Assembly (NCBI GenBank): GCA_965261345.1
Contig: OZ253449.1
Location: forward strand, 1,120,001-1,184,000
Length of the DNA stretch: 64,000 bases
Direction of reading: 5' to 3'
Source: Chloroflexota bacterium
GTDB taxonomy: Bacteria > Chloroflexota > UBA11872 > VXNJ01
In this document: positions 39,299-49,602 of the stretch, in pieces
How the letters are laid out: every line of letters begins with the position of its first letter
How positions within the stretch are numbered: the first letter of the stretch is position 1
The notes under the pieces: generated by a model
Told to the model about the DNA's origin: nothing
The model's database searches: none
Seen by the model: only the letters and a program-made list of their open reading frames with translations
Position numbers and translations under genes: made by a program

Positions 39299-39401
39299 TT
39301 GCCCCGCAATCTACACGAACAAGAATGTTGGTGGATAGAGTTTAGAAGCCCCTTGGGCTACTCAAATTTCCTGTCGGACGCTTTGTAAGGAGTCGCCCGT
39401 C

Positions 39402-41231
39402 TTGTGTGGGATAGTCGGCTACTGCGGGGCGCAACCGGCGGCCCCGGCAATCATCGAGGGATTGCGCCGCCTCGAATATCGCGGGTACGATTCGGCCGGC
39501 GTGGCGTTCCTGGGCGAGAGCGGCCTGGAAATCACCCGCCGGGTCGGCAAATTGGCCAAACTGACCTCCGCCCTGGACGGGCGCCAGATCGCCGCCCCCA
39601 CCGGGATCGGCCATACCCGCTGGGCCACCCATGGGCGCCCCAGCGTTGCCAACGCGCACCCGCACACCGATCAATCCGGGCAGGTTGCCGTAGTCCACAA
39701 CGGGATCATCGACAACTTTCGTCTGTTGCAGGAACAGCTGGCCGCAGAAGGCGCCAAGTTTTACTCGGAAACCGATTCCGAGGTGATCGTGCAGCTGATT
39801 GCCCGGCAGCTGCCCGAGTCCGGCGACCTTGCCACCGCGGTGCGGGCGGTCGTATCCCGGCTCTCGGGCAGTTTCGCCTTCGTCGCGCTTTGGACCGGCG
39901 CTCCCGGCGAGATGGTTGCCGCCCGCCAAGCCAGCCCGCTGGTGATCGGGGTTGGTGACGGCGAGAACCTGGTTGCCTCCGACATTCCGGCGGTAATTCC
40001 CCACACCCGCCGGATCATGCACCTACACAATGGCGACGTAGCCCGGATTAGCTCCGACGAGATCGCTATCTGGGATCCCGCGGGGCCGGTCGAGCGCGGG
40101 ATTTCGGTGGCGCCGTGGAGCCCGGCGCTGGCCGAACGGGGAACCTATCGCCACTTCATGCAAAAGGAAATATTTGAGCAGCCGCGAGCGCTGGCTGACA
40201 CCCTGCAGGGGCGGATCCGTCCGGGCAGTCCGCAGGTTGACCTGGCCGACCTCACCGGCCTTGAACTGGATCCCCGCGACATCAACCGGGTGCTGCTGTT
40301 AGGGTGCGGTACCTCGTTGCACGCGGCCATGATCGGCCAGTACTACTTTGAACAGATCGCCGGGATCCGGGCCGAAATCGAAAATGCCGCCGAGTACCAC
40401 CATCGCCTGAGAGAACCTGAAACCGGGACCCTGGTGGTGGCGGTTTCACAATCGGGGGAAACCTTCGACACAGTGCAAGCGGCAATCGCCGCGGGGCCCG
40501 CAGCTGCACTGCTGGCTCTTACCAACGTGCCCGGATCGTCGCTGGCCCGCAGCGCCAAAGCGGCAATGATCGCCCGGGCCGGGCCCGAAATCGGAGTGGC
40601 CTCAACCAAGACTTTTACGACCTCGCTGGCCCTGCTCTACCTGTTGGCGGTCGGACTGGGATATCGGCGTGGCAGCCTGTCTAAAACCCGTGCCATTGAG
40701 TTGCTAGAGGAGATTGCCCGACTGCCGCAACTCTTAGACCAGGTGCTGGCGATTGACCGACAGGCCGAATCGCTCTCCCACGAATTGAGCGGTCTCGCCA
40801 ACGCCTTCTTTATCGGTCGCGGGGCCCTTCGGGCGATCGCGTACGAGGGTGCACTAAAGCTAAAGGAGCTCACCTATATCCACGCCGAAGGCTATCCCGC
40901 TGGCGAGTTAAAGCACGGCCCGATCGCCCTTATTACCGAAGCCGTGCCGACGGTGGTCATTGCTCCGGCCAACGCCATGCGTTCCAAGATGATCTCAAGC
41001 ATGGAAGAAATCAAGAGCCGCGACGGCAAAGTCCTAGTGCTGGGTACCGAGGGCGATGCGGAATTGGCCAAACGCGCCGATTGGATGCTTGCCCTGCCGC
41101 CGGTTCCGTCGCTCTTAAATCCAATCGCCTACGTGGTCCCTTTGCACTTGCTGGCCTACCACATCGCCCTGCGTCGCGGTTGCGACGTTGACCAACCGCG
41201 CAATCTGGCCAAAACGGTAACCGTCGAATAG
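39402..41231 (+). CDS. glmS: Glutamine-fructose-6-phosphate transaminase
   Basis: MCGIVG, RLEYRGYDSAG, GHTRWATHG, SQSGET, GPEIGVASTK, GELKHGP, DQPRNLAKTVTVE. Confidence 0.98.
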   Translation: MCGIVGYCGAQPAAPAIIEGLRRLEYRGYDSAGVAFLGESGLEITRRVGKLAKLTSALDGRQIAAPTGIGHTRWATHGRPSVANAHPHTDQSGQVAVVHNGIIDNFRLLQEQLAAEGAKFYSETDSEVIVQLIARQLPESGDLATAVRAVVSRLSGSFAFVALWTGAPGEMVAARQASPLVIGVGDGENLVASDIPAVIPHTRRIMHLHNGDVARISSDEIAIWDPAGPVERGISVAPWSPALAERGTYRHFMQKEIFEQPRALADTLQGRIRPGSPQVDLADLTGLELDPRDINRVLLLGCGTSLHAAMIGQYYFEQIAGIRAEIENAAEYHHRLREPETGTLVVAVSQSGETFDTVQAAIAAGPAAALLALTNVPGSSLARSAKAAMIARAGPEIGVASTKTFTTSLALLYLLAVGLGYRRGSLSKTRAIELLEEIARLPQLLDQVLAIDRQAESLSHELSGLANAFFIGRGALRAIAYEGALKLKELTYIHAEGYPAGELKHGPIALITEAVPTVVIAPANAMRSKMISSMEEIKSRDGKVLVLGTEGDAELAKRADWMLALPPVPSLLNPIAYVVPLHLLAYHIALRRGCDVDQPRNLAKTVTVE

Positions 41232-41359
41232 CCGGGGCAATTTCCGGCCGCTAGCGGCGGCGGCGATGAAGAGAGCAAGCTCGGGCGTCGATCCAAAATA
41301 GATTGTGAGACGGAACCGGGCGCGCGCGGCTGGGCCGCGCCGCGCAAAGGAGACACGCG

Positions 41360-41731
41360 ATGGCACTTCAGATCCTCAAATCAGACGACGGCGAGACGAT
41401 TGAGCGCACGGACGCGGCCATCTTCGAGGGAGGCCAAGTATGGGGGCGAATGCTCGCGGGTGATTCCTCCGCGCACGTGAGCGTGCAGGTGGTGCAGTTC
41501 GGCCCGGGCGCGCGAGCGGGGTGGCACCGCCACACAAGCGACCAGGTGTTGTTCGTAGTGGCGGGCATCGGCAAGGTGGGGAACCGCGAAGGCGAGCACG
41601 TGATCAGCTCGGGCGACTCCGTTAGGGTGCCCGCCGGTGACGACCACTGGCACGGCGCCCATGACACCGGCTCGCCCATGACTCACCTCTCGATCATGGC
41701 GGCGGGCTCGCAGACGACCGTCCTGGATTAG
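41360..41731 (+). CDS. Cupin domain protein
   Basis: GWHRHTSDQ and GDSVRVPAGDDHWHG motifs; AAGGAG SD. Confidence 0.9.
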   Translation: MALQILKSDDGETIERTDAAIFEGGQVWGRMLAGDSSAHVSVQVVQFGPGARAGWHRHTSDQVLFVVAGIGKVGNREGEHVISSGDSVRVPAGDDHWHGAHDTGSPMTHLSIMAAGSQTTVLD

Positions 41732-41943
41732 CAGGGGTTGCAGTCCGTCCTAAATCAGCATCTGCTACCACATCCCCCAATGGATCGGTGCCCCACGCTG
41801 GCGGCGGTTCTCCAGGTGCACGTGTGGATGGAAAGTCGGGCCCTGCCATCGCGTTCCTGCGTGGCTATCGTGCGTGATCATTCCAATTCCAACACCGCAT
41901 TAGTGGAATTGGTTCGTAGCTTCGTCACATTGACCCCCGGTTC

Positions 41944-42819
41944 ATGCCTGCCACGGCGCTGATATTGGTGCTGCTCTCCGCGGTGGCCCATGCCGGATGG
42001 AACTTCCTTTTAAAGCGGGCATTGGACCACGAGGCCTTCGTCTGGTGGATACAGGTCGCGATCACGGTCTTGTTTCTGCCACTGGGGGTGATCATGTTCG
42101 TGCTCGAACCGATCGAGGGCCGGGGCTGGTTGTTTGTTGTCGGCACCGGGATTTTGCATTCCTTCTACTTCGTCTTCCTGGGGCGCGGGTACGCGCGTGG
42201 CGACCTCTCCCAGATCTACCCGATTGCCCGCGGAACCGGGCCAGTGTTGGTGCCGGTCCTCGGTGTCCTGCTACTCGGCGAGCAGGTCTCGGTTCCGGCG
42301 GTCGGCGGCATCGTCGCCGTTCTGGCGGGCATTTTCATCGTCTATTGGTCCGGACGCGTGGCGCTGATATTGCGCCGCCCACTGATGATCCTGCGAGAAC
42401 CCGGCAATTTGTACGCGGTGGCGACCGGTCTGTTCATAGCCGCCTACTCGATTTGGGACAAGGTAGGCGTGGGTTACGTGGCGCCATTCCTTTACATGTA
42501 CCTAATGGCGCTCAGTACGGGGATCATCCTGACACCATACATGCTCGGCCGCAGGGGGTTGGCCGCGCTGCGCGGCGAGTGGCGGGCAAACGCATGGACG
42601 ATCGTCGCGGTGGGGGCGTTGACCTTCTTTGCCTACGGACTGGTCCTCACCGCGCTGACGCTGTCAAGGGTGAGCTACGTGTGGCCTTCCCGGGAGATCG
42701 GGATAGTGGTGGCGGTGTTGCTGGGCAGCCTGGTATTGAAAGAGCCGTTTGGACGCGGGCGGATCCTCGGGTCGTGCTGCATCGTGGCGGGGGTCGCCGC
42801 CATCGCGCTGGCGCCGTGA
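41944..42819 (+). CDS. EamA/DMT family transporter
   Basis: SAVAHAGWN, GDLSQIYPIARG, LLGE, YSIWDK, LKEPFG; about 10 TM segments. Confidence 0.92.
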   Translation: MPATALILVLLSAVAHAGWNFLLKRALDHEAFVWWIQVAITVLFLPLGVIMFVLEPIEGRGWLFVVGTGILHSFYFVFLGRGYARGDLSQIYPIARGTGPVLVPVLGVLLLGEQVSVPAVGGIVAVLAGIFIVYWSGRVALILRRPLMILREPGNLYAVATGLFIAAYSIWDKVGVGYVAPFLYMYLMALSTGIILTPYMLGRRGLAALRGEWRANAWTIVAVGALTFFAYGLVLTALTLSRVSYVWPSREIGIVVAVLLGSLVLKEPFGRGRILGSCCIVAGVAAIALAP

Positions 42820-42883
42820 GCCGCCCCGCCGCAGGGCCCTCGGCCGAATATATTTTTGGCAAACCGGGATAACCCGGTCGGTG

Positions 42884-43519
42884 CTATCGGGCAGCGCCGA
42901 ATGCCGACTGCGGCCAGGCCCGGCGCAGTTGAGCTGGCGAAATCGCCCCGGCGCGAATTAGGCGAGCGGGAGCCACCGTCAGATCCACCACCGTGGACGC
43001 TTCCCCAAGCCGGCAGCATCCTTCAATTACCAGGTCGATCTCTCGGCCAAATTCGGTCGCCACCGCTTCGGCGCCGGTCAATGGCGGGTGGCCCGTACGG
43101 TTGGCGCTGGTCCCGGTGATTCCAGCCGGGATCTGCTTTAGTAGCGAGCGCAGCAGCGGGTGATCAGGGACCCGCAGCCCAACAATGCCGTCCGGGGCCA
43201 ACGTGGCGTCGAGGTTTGGCTTGGCCGGCAACAGAACGGTCAATGGGCCAGGCCAAAAGGACTCGGTGAGCGCTAGAAATCCATCCGGCAGCTCGGCCAG
43301 ATCTCCGGCCGCGCGAGCATCCCCAATTAGGATTGGCATCCCCCGACCTGCTGGGCGGCCTTTAATCGCCAGAACCCTCGCCAGGCCCGCTGGGCGGTCG
43401 GTTCGGGCACCCAAGCCAAACACCGTATCGGTGGGGAAGGCGATCACCCCGCCAGCGGCCAGAACCGCCCCGGCGCGGGCCAATTGGCAGTCCGGCCGGC
43501 CGGACTTAGTCGAGCACAA
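42884..43519 (-). CDS. tsaC: L-threonylcarbamoyladenylate synthase (TsaC/Sua5 YrdC domain)
   Basis: GGVIAFPTDTVFGL, IKGRP, FWPGPLT, GLRVPDH, TSAN, STVVD; start approximate. Confidence 0.92.
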   Translation of the reverse strand: MCSTKSGRPDCQLARAGAVLAAGGVIAFPTDTVFGLGARTDRPAGLARVLAIKGRPAGRGMPILIGDARAAGDLAELPDGFLALTESFWPGPLTVLLPAKPNLDATLAPDGIVGLRVPDHPLLRSLLKQIPAGITGTSANRTGHPPLTGAEAVATEFGREIDLVIEGCCRLGEASTVVDLTVAPARLIRAGAISPAQLRRAWPQSAFGAAR

Positions 43520-44315
43520 AGCGTTCGATCGCCACCGCCACTCCGTCATCTGCGTAACTGGAGGACACGAAGTCGGCAATGGCCTTGGTTTCGGCGGCTC
43601 CGTTACCCATCGCCACCCCGAATCCAGCGGCCTCAACCAGCGGCAGGTCATTGAGGTTATCGCCAATTCCCATGGTCTGGGATATCGGGATCTTTAGGAT
43701 TTTGGCCAGCCGCCGAAGGGCGTCGCCCTTATTGACTTGGCCGTCGATGGCCTCGACTAGACGCGGGTGCGAGCGGGTCACGTTGACTTCGATCGGCACC
43801 GCGGCGGCCAATTCGGCAACCAGCGCGCGTGAACGTCCGCTCTCGGTAATTAGCACCAGTTTGACCAGATCGCGATCCAGCCAATCGCCTAAATCTCCCA
43901 CCAGGCAGGGTTCGATGCCAGAGAGCTGGCGATAGAAATTGCCCTCCTTCGTAAGGCTGCCCATATAGAGTTCGTCGCCGGCAAAGGCATTAACGTGAAC
44001 CCCGCGGGCGACCGCAAACTCGATTACCGCGCGCGCATTGGCCTGCGGTAGCAGGCGCTCGTACAGGGTCGCGCCGGTGGCCGGATCGCGAATCTGCGCC
44101 CCTTGGTAGCAAATTACCGGTCCGGACAGTTCAAGCTGGGTGGCAAAGCGCACCGCGGATCGAAACATCCGCCCGGTGGCAATTACCACCTCCACATCCC
44201 GCCGGCGGGCGGCGGCGATCGCCGCGCTCACCCGCGGCGAAACCCGGTTACGATCATCCACCAGGGTTCCGTCGAGGTCTATCGCGACCAGCTTGATTGG
44301 CGGTTGGATTGTCAA
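43506..44315 (-). CDS. Cof-type HAD-IIB hydrolase
   Basis: AIDLDGTL, IATGR, VNKG, IGDNLND, VAMGNG. Confidence 0.94.
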   Translation of the reverse strand: MTIQPPIKLVAIDLDGTLVDDRNRVSPRVSAAIAAARRRDVEVVIATGRMFRSAVRFATQLELSGPVICYQGAQIRDPATGATLYERLLPQANARAVIEFAVARGVHVNAFAGDELYMGSLTKEGNFYRQLSGIEPCLVGDLGDWLDRDLVKLVLITESGRSRALVAELAAAVPIEVNVTRSHPRLVEAIDGQVNKGDALRRLAKILKIPISQTMGIGDNLNDLPLVEAAGFGVAMGNGAAETKAIADFVSSSYADDGVAVAIERFVLD

Positions 44316-44452
44316 CTTAGGTGGCCTTTAGCAGCCCGGTGTCGCGGGGCGCGCGGTTGCGTCATCGGCCGGCCTCGGCGGGCAAACCATTGACCAGCGT
44401 CCTGGCCATTTTCGCCTCCTCCGGCCTTTGGCGCACCTCCGCCAATTGCCAA

Positions 44453-46312
44453 TTAGCGGTTGGCGGAGATGCTAACGAGGCTTTCAGCTTCCTGGCCAAA
44501 GCGCCGCCCGCCCATCGTCAGGTCGTAGGTGACCACCAGTCGCCTGGCCGGGCGGGCGTCACCAGCGACCTTGAGTTGAAGCGGTAGCAAAACAGTTTCA
44601 CCGGCCGCGAGGGTGCCGGACAATTGCGGCTGCCGAAACGACCATCCGCTTGGGCATTTGGGTTTGATCAGATAGTCGGCGGCCCTGGCAAAGTGGTTGG
44701 TCAAGTGAATCTCCAAGTCCAGCAGTTCGCCCGCGCCAACTATTGCCCAATAGGGCCTGGCCGAAAGAAACTGCGGATCAAGGGCGAAATTTACCTCGTC
44801 GGGATCTTCAACCAGCGCCTGGAAAGCGCCGCCAAGTTCCACGGTTTTGCGGACCAATTCAGTTAGCTGGGCGTGATTTACGCTCAACGCCCCGGAGTGC
44901 CCGGTAAGGAGCAGCTGCGGCGACTGGTCGATTAACGCCTTCAGGGTTGGTTGGAAGCTGCCGAGGGTGTATCGATTGCGAAATATCGGACCGCCCAGCC
45001 GCGGTCCGGTCGGTGAGACGTGGATGTTGTCGCCGGTGAGCGCAAAGCGTATTCCGTCCGCCGAAAAGAAAACCTGGCTGGCGTAATGGGTATGCCCGGG
45101 TGCGTGCTGAACCTTGAGCCGATAACCCTCCCATTCGACCTCTTCGCCGTCCCGGAGTATGCGATCGACCTTGATCGGTTCGCGCATTAGGCAGGGCAGG
45201 TTGTAGCGCAGCGGGTCCGCGACTATCTCGGCAAACACCTCGTGCGCCCAGACTTGGGTCCCAAAGCGCGACTGCAGATAAGGGATTCCGGCGACGTGGT
45301 CATCATGGTAGTGGCTGGGGATGACCACATCGATCTGGTCGACGCCGGCGGCATTGTACAGCTGTTGGAGTGAATGGTCGCCAAAACGGCTCAAGGGCCA
45401 TCCGTGGTCGGCGCTCGGGAAGCCGTAATCGAGCAGCATCGCTCGCCCGCTATCGGACACGAGGGCATAGAAGTTGCTCTCGGTGTCGATGTTGGCCCAG
45501 ACGTGGTCCGACAGCGGATGGATCTGCTGGTCGGTTGATATTCGCGGGGCAGAGGCCAGCCCAGGGATGTGGCGGGCAACGTTGAAAAGATGGGTTAGAT
45601 TGGCGCCCAGCTCGCCCAGGGCAGCTTGCGGGTCCTCCATCAGCTGGCCATGCGAGGGCAGCACCCAATCCGGCTCCGATCGCGCCAGGGTGCGCAGTGA
45701 ACCCATTGCCGCGTTGACCCCGTTGAGGGCGTCGTACCCCCACTGCAAATCGTGGATCCGATGGACCTTGCCGGGGGCGGCAATCAGGTCCCCGCTAAAC
45801 GCCACCCTCCGCCCGTCGATCTCTCCCACCAGGCTGATCGATCCCTTGGTGTGTCCGGGACTGGGGAGGATTTCAAAGCTGAATTCCTCCCAATCGAAGC
45901 GCCCGAAATCAACCAATCGGGCATGGGCTTGGATCGACTCGGCCAGCGATTGGAATTCGGATTGCATTTCGTAATTGGAAATGGTTCGTTTGTGGCGCCA
46001 AAAACTGCTGGCGTAATCCATAAACGAAATCTCGCCGCGGGGGACCGCGATCTGGGTGGAGGTGCCGGCAAGGAGGTGGTCACCCTGGCATTGGTCACGG
46101 TGGTGGTGAGTGTGCAATACCCATTCGAGCTCGTCGACGCCGATCGCGGCAAGGTGTTCGAGGACCTCCCCCGCGCCAAAGTCGATCGCGATCGCCTTCC
46201 GGCCGCTGGCTATGACGTAGACATTACAGGTGTCCACGTAGCGGTAAAGATGGGGTGATAGCTGCTCGAGCACGCCGGGGCTCCGACTGCCTTGCGCCGG
46301 CCGGATTGGCAC
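44453..46312 (-). CDS. Tandem MBL-fold metallohydrolase with C-terminal Ig-like domain
   Basis: Domain 1 THHHRDQ...PGHT...SGD...SHG; domain 2 SHYHDDH...PGHT...TGD...GHS. Confidence 0.85.
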   Translation of the reverse strand: MPIRPAQGSRSPGVLEQLSPHLYRYVDTCNVYVIASGRKAIAIDFGAGEVLEHLAAIGVDELEWVLHTHHHRDQCQGDHLLAGTSTQIAVPRGEISFMDYASSFWRHKRTISNYEMQSEFQSLAESIQAHARLVDFGRFDWEEFSFEILPSPGHTKGSISLVGEIDGRRVAFSGDLIAAPGKVHRIHDLQWGYDALNGVNAAMGSLRTLARSEPDWVLPSHGQLMEDPQAALGELGANLTHLFNVARHIPGLASAPRISTDQQIHPLSDHVWANIDTESNFYALVSDSGRAMLLDYGFPSADHGWPLSRFGDHSLQQLYNAAGVDQIDVVIPSHYHDDHVAGIPYLQSRFGTQVWAHEVFAEIVADPLRYNLPCLMREPIKVDRILRDGEEVEWEGYRLKVQHAPGHTHYASQVFFSADGIRFALTGDNIHVSPTGPRLGGPIFRNRYTLGSFQPTLKALIDQSPQLLLTGHSGALSVNHAQLTELVRKTVELGGAFQALVEDPDEVNFALDPQFLSARPYWAIVGAGELLDLEIHLTNHFARAADYLIKPKCPSGWSFRQPQLSGTLAAGETVLLPLQLKVAGDARPARRLVVTYDLTMGGRRFGQEAESLVSISANR

Positions 46313-46349
46313 CCGCGCAGGTCCTAGACTGCTTCCATTGTTTCATTTT

Positions 46350-47618
46350 CTATCCGCGTGATCGCAATATCCAGCTTTCAAAGCGGTCCAAAAGTTGACC
46401 GACCGGCTCGGAACCCAGGGCGATCGCCCGGTTGAGGGTGCCGGCCTGGCCGGACACGGACTTGTCCGGCCAAAGTCGCCAGTCGTAGAGTGCAAGTTCG
46501 GGATCGAGCAAAAAATCCAGCTGCCGGTCAGTATCGCGCGCTGCTCGCAAGGCAGCCAGGTTGGCCGGGGCCATTGCGCCCGCACGGGCGACCACCGCGC
46601 TGGCCAACTGCCCGTCCAGTCGCGTTAGCGCATCCGGGCCAACCGGGCCGGCGCCCGCCGGAGCCGCCAACCCGTAGCGCCCGCCCCCTTCGAGCGCCGA
46701 GATTCCCGCCGGGGTGGGGACGACCGTCAGCTGCCAGCGCAAGCGGCTCCCCGTCAGCTGCCGACGCAGGGTCGGCCAAAGGGCGAAAGCCATCGCTGCC
46801 TTGCCGCCGGCGATCGCCGAGAGGCGCTGACTCCCGCCAGCATGATCGCGTCGAAACGCGAGCCCAGGATCGTGAAAAAATGACCGGAACATTTCACTTC
46901 CACCACGCGAAAAGCCGGTTGCCGGTTGCCGGTTGCCTCCGGCAAAGAGCAGCCACTGCGGGTCGTGGGTGGCCGGCGACAAGTCGATTCCGGCGAAGGT
47001 AACGAACCTGAGGTCGCGCCGGGTGAGGGCGCCGGCTGATTCATGCAACTCGGTTAAATCAATCGGGGCCGAGAGCAGGTCGGTCCGGATAACCAGGGGC
47101 CTGGCGGTCAGCGCCAGCGGCAGGACATGGAACGCACCCGGGCGGTTGATGGTGGCCAGCCCAGGGCGGTGCCAGGCGGCGATAGCAGCCTCCCCCAGCA
47201 CCGGATCCAGGGATTGGAGATGCCCGCCCCGGGCCATGCTTTGAGGGTTGGGTGGAGAAATTAAGTCGGCGCCGGCTGCCGCGCCCTCGAGCCGCCCAAT
47301 CGCCCAACGATCCCGAGTCACGATGTCGGCCGGCGCCAACCCGCTGCGGGCGAACGCCAGCAGCAGTTCGGATATGACCGCATCGGGCCAGGCCAGAGCC
47401 AGCTTCAATCGGCGCACCACCACCGCGGGGCGGGCGGTCGGGGTGGTGGTGGACACCACGGTTGGCGCCGCCTTGCGGGGACGGGCAGCAGTCGGGGCGG
47501 GCGTTGCCACAGGCAGCCGAGCGGCCGCCGATGGCCCCTCGATGCAACCGGCCAGAACCCCGGCCAGCCCAGTGGTCAACCCGGCCAGGATCCGTCGGCG
47601 CGAGATCTGGGGGCCCAC
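46350..47618 (-). CDS. Tat lipoprotein, extracellular solute-binding-protein-like (divergent)
   Basis: SRRRIL twin-arginine motif + VLAGC lipobox, Pro/Thr linker, remnants LQSLDP, LPL, GKAAM of sugar-type SBPs. Confidence 0.6.
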   Translation of the reverse strand: MGPQISRRRILAGLTTGLAGVLAGCIEGPSAAARLPVATPAPTAARPRKAAPTVVSTTTPTARPAVVVRRLKLALAWPDAVISELLLAFARSGLAPADIVTRDRWAIGRLEGAAAGADLISPPNPQSMARGGHLQSLDPVLGEAAIAAWHRPGLATINRPGAFHVLPLALTARPLVIRTDLLSAPIDLTELHESAGALTRRDLRFVTFAGIDLSPATHDPQWLLFAGGNRQPATGFSRGGSEMFRSFFHDPGLAFRRDHAGGSQRLSAIAGGKAAMAFALWPTLRRQLTGSRLRWQLTVVPTPAGISALEGGGRYGLAAPAGAGPVGPDALTRLDGQLASAVVARAGAMAPANLAALRAARDTDRQLDFLLDPELALYDWRLWPDKSVSGQAGTLNRAIALGSEPVGQLLDRFESWILRSRG

Positions 47619-47621
47619 TGC

Positions 47622-48818
47622 CTAACCGTCGATCGCGCAACCAGCGTTAATCATCGCCGTTACCTGAGACGGGCTAAGGCCCGCCAGTTGGCATAGCACC
47701 GAGCGTGTGTGCTCGCCCAGACCGGGTGCCAACCGGGCCACCGCGCGGTCAAAGCCGGAGGCTCGAAACGGCGTCCCGGGCACCACCAGATCACCTTCGG
47801 GCAATTCGAGCCGGGCGAGCATGCCGCGGGCTTCAAGGTGCTGGTCGGTGAGCAGATCAGAGATTCGATTGACCCGCCCCGCCGGGATTCCCGCCGCCAG
47901 CAGATCCCGCTCCCACTCGGCCGAATCGGCCCTGGCCAGCTCATATTCGATCGCGGCTATCAACTCGATTACGTTTTCGGAGCGCTGGGCGTTGCTGGCA
48001 AAGCGTGGGTCGTTGGCCAGGGAAGGGTTGCCCAGGCATTCGCACAGCCGCAAAAACAACCCATCATTGCCGCAGGCGATTGCGATCGAGCCATCGGCTG
48101 TGGCAAAGGTGCTAAACGGAGAAATTGATGGGTGGCGGTTGCCGATCGGGGTCGGATCCACACCGGTCGCCTGATACCGCGCCAAGGCATTTTCCAGCAC
48201 CGCGAACACCGAATCGAACATCGCCAGGTCGATCCAGGAGCCTTGGCCGGACTGTCGTCTCTGGAAAAGCGCCGCCAGCACCGCGCTGACGCCGTAGAGG
48301 GCCGGGACCAGATCCCCGAGCGAGGCGCCGACCCGGGTGGGAGGGCCGCCATCGGGCCCGGTGATGCTCATCAACCCGCTCAACGCCTGCACGATGACGT
48401 CGTAGGCGCCGCGGCCGCTGTACGGGCCCATTTGTCCAAAGCCCGAGAGCGACAGATACACAAGACCCGGGTTGCTTTCGACCAGATCGTCATAGCTGAG
48501 TCCGAGCCGGGCCATCGCCCCTGGGCGGTAGTTCTCAACCAAAACGTCAGCGCGCGCGGCCAAGGTCCTAACCGCCGCTAGTGAACGCGGGTCCTTCAGG
48601 TCGAGGGCGACGCTTTCCTTGCCGCGGTTGACGCTGGCAAAGTACAAGCTCGTCTCCCCCTTAAACGGGCCCATCCCGCGCGCCTCGTCGCCACTTGGCG
48701 GTTCGATTTTTATGACCCGGGCACCCAGGTCGCCGAGTGTCATCGTGCAAAACGGACCGGCCAGGATCCGCGAGAAATCCAGGACCAGGACGCCGTCTAA
48801 GAACTTGGCGCCGGTCAC
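47622..48818 (-). CDS. CoA-transferase family III (CaiB/BaiF)
   Basis: VLDFSRILAGP, LGARVIKIE, NRGKES, ENYRPG, SGFGQMGP, catalytic D in LGDLV, APGLGEHT. Confidence 0.95.
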   Translation of the reverse strand: MTGAKFLDGVLVLDFSRILAGPFCTMTLGDLGARVIKIEPPSGDEARGMGPFKGETSLYFASVNRGKESVALDLKDPRSLAAVRTLAARADVLVENYRPGAMARLGLSYDDLVESNPGLVYLSLSGFGQMGPYSGRGAYDVIVQALSGLMSITGPDGGPPTRVGASLGDLVPALYGVSAVLAALFQRRQSGQGSWIDLAMFDSVFAVLENALARYQATGVDPTPIGNRHPSISPFSTFATADGSIAIACGNDGLFLRLCECLGNPSLANDPRFASNAQRSENVIELIAAIEYELARADSAEWERDLLAAGIPAGRVNRISDLLTDQHLEARGMLARLELPEGDLVVPGTPFRASGFDRAVARLAPGLGEHTRSVLCQLAGLSPSQVTAMINAGCAIDG

Positions 48819-48872
48819 CGAATCGGGCTTTAGATTCGCTTCACCGGCAGAATTGATCCCAGGGTGAACAGA

Positions 48873-49136
48873 TTAGCCAGTCTTGAAGTAGTCGGCGTTG
48901 ACCTGCAACCATTCGGCCTTGTCTTCGGGGAGGTCAAAGTCCGGGTAGATCGCCTCCACCGGGCAGGCCGGTTCACAGGCCCCGCAGTCGATGCACTCGA
49001 TCGGATCAATATAGAGCATCTTCTCGGATTCGAATTCGGTTTCGTCGGTACGCGGGTGAATGCAGTCGACCGGACACACATCGACGCACGAAGCGTCCTT
49101 GGTGCCGATGCAGGAATCGGTGATTATGTAGGTCAT
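48873..49136 (-). CDS. 7Fe-type ([3Fe-4S]/[4Fe-4S]) ferredoxin
   Basis: [18 protein letters not shown] and [12 protein letters not shown]. Confidence 0.95.
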   Translation of the reverse strand: MTYIITDSCIGTKDASCVDVCPVDCIHPRTDETEFESEKMLYIDPIECIDCGACEPACPVEAIYPDFDLPEDKAEWLQVNADYFKTG

Positions 49137-49210
49137 TTAGGACGCTCGATTTCGACCCAGTCGCCAGATAATCTGGCAGACGAGATTTTACAAGTCTGAG
49201 GCGGCGACAA

Positions 49211-49498
49211 ATGCCCGAACTCCTCGGTGAGGCCGAGTTGGTTGACCGATTGCGATCGGCCAGTGGTTGGGAATTGGACGGTGCCCAGATCCGGCGAACC
49301 GTCACCCTTTCTACGTTTATGGGAGCCATTGCCTTTGTCGGCAAGGTGGCCGCCGTCGCCGAACAGTTAAACCATCACCCGGATATCGACATCCGCTATC
49401 GGCGGGTGGAAATTGCGGTAAGCACCCACAGCGCCGGCGGGCTAACTGAGCTAGATTTCCAACTGGCATCCATGGTCAACGAGCTGATCGAGGTCTGA
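49211..49498 (+). CDS. 4a-hydroxytetrahydrobiopterin dehydratase (pterin-4a-carbinolamine dehydratase)
   Basis: AEQLNHHPD, STHSAGGLTELDF. Confidence 0.93.
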   Translation: MPELLGEAELVDRLRSASGWELDGAQIRRTVTLSTFMGAIAFVGKVAAVAEQLNHHPDIDIRYRRVEIAVSTHSAGGLTELDFQLASMVNELIEV

Positions 49499-49602
49499 TC
49501 GCTGATCCGGTTTCCCGCACCAAGCGCGACCGGCGCGCTAATTACCAGGTGGCCCGCCGCCGCCGGGCCACCTGCCCTAAGTAAAGGTGCTCCCGGGAAC
49601 GC

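Noticed and set aside
39299-39401. glmS ribozyme
   Set aside because: The gap is only about 100 nt, is shared with the divergent gdh, and lacks the AGCGCC...GACGAGG core
41184-42830. Tn7-like insertion at attTn7 downstream of glmS (cupin and EamA as cargo)
   Set aside because: No TGT...ACA ends, target duplication or tns genes; the sequence after the stop codon is unremarkable
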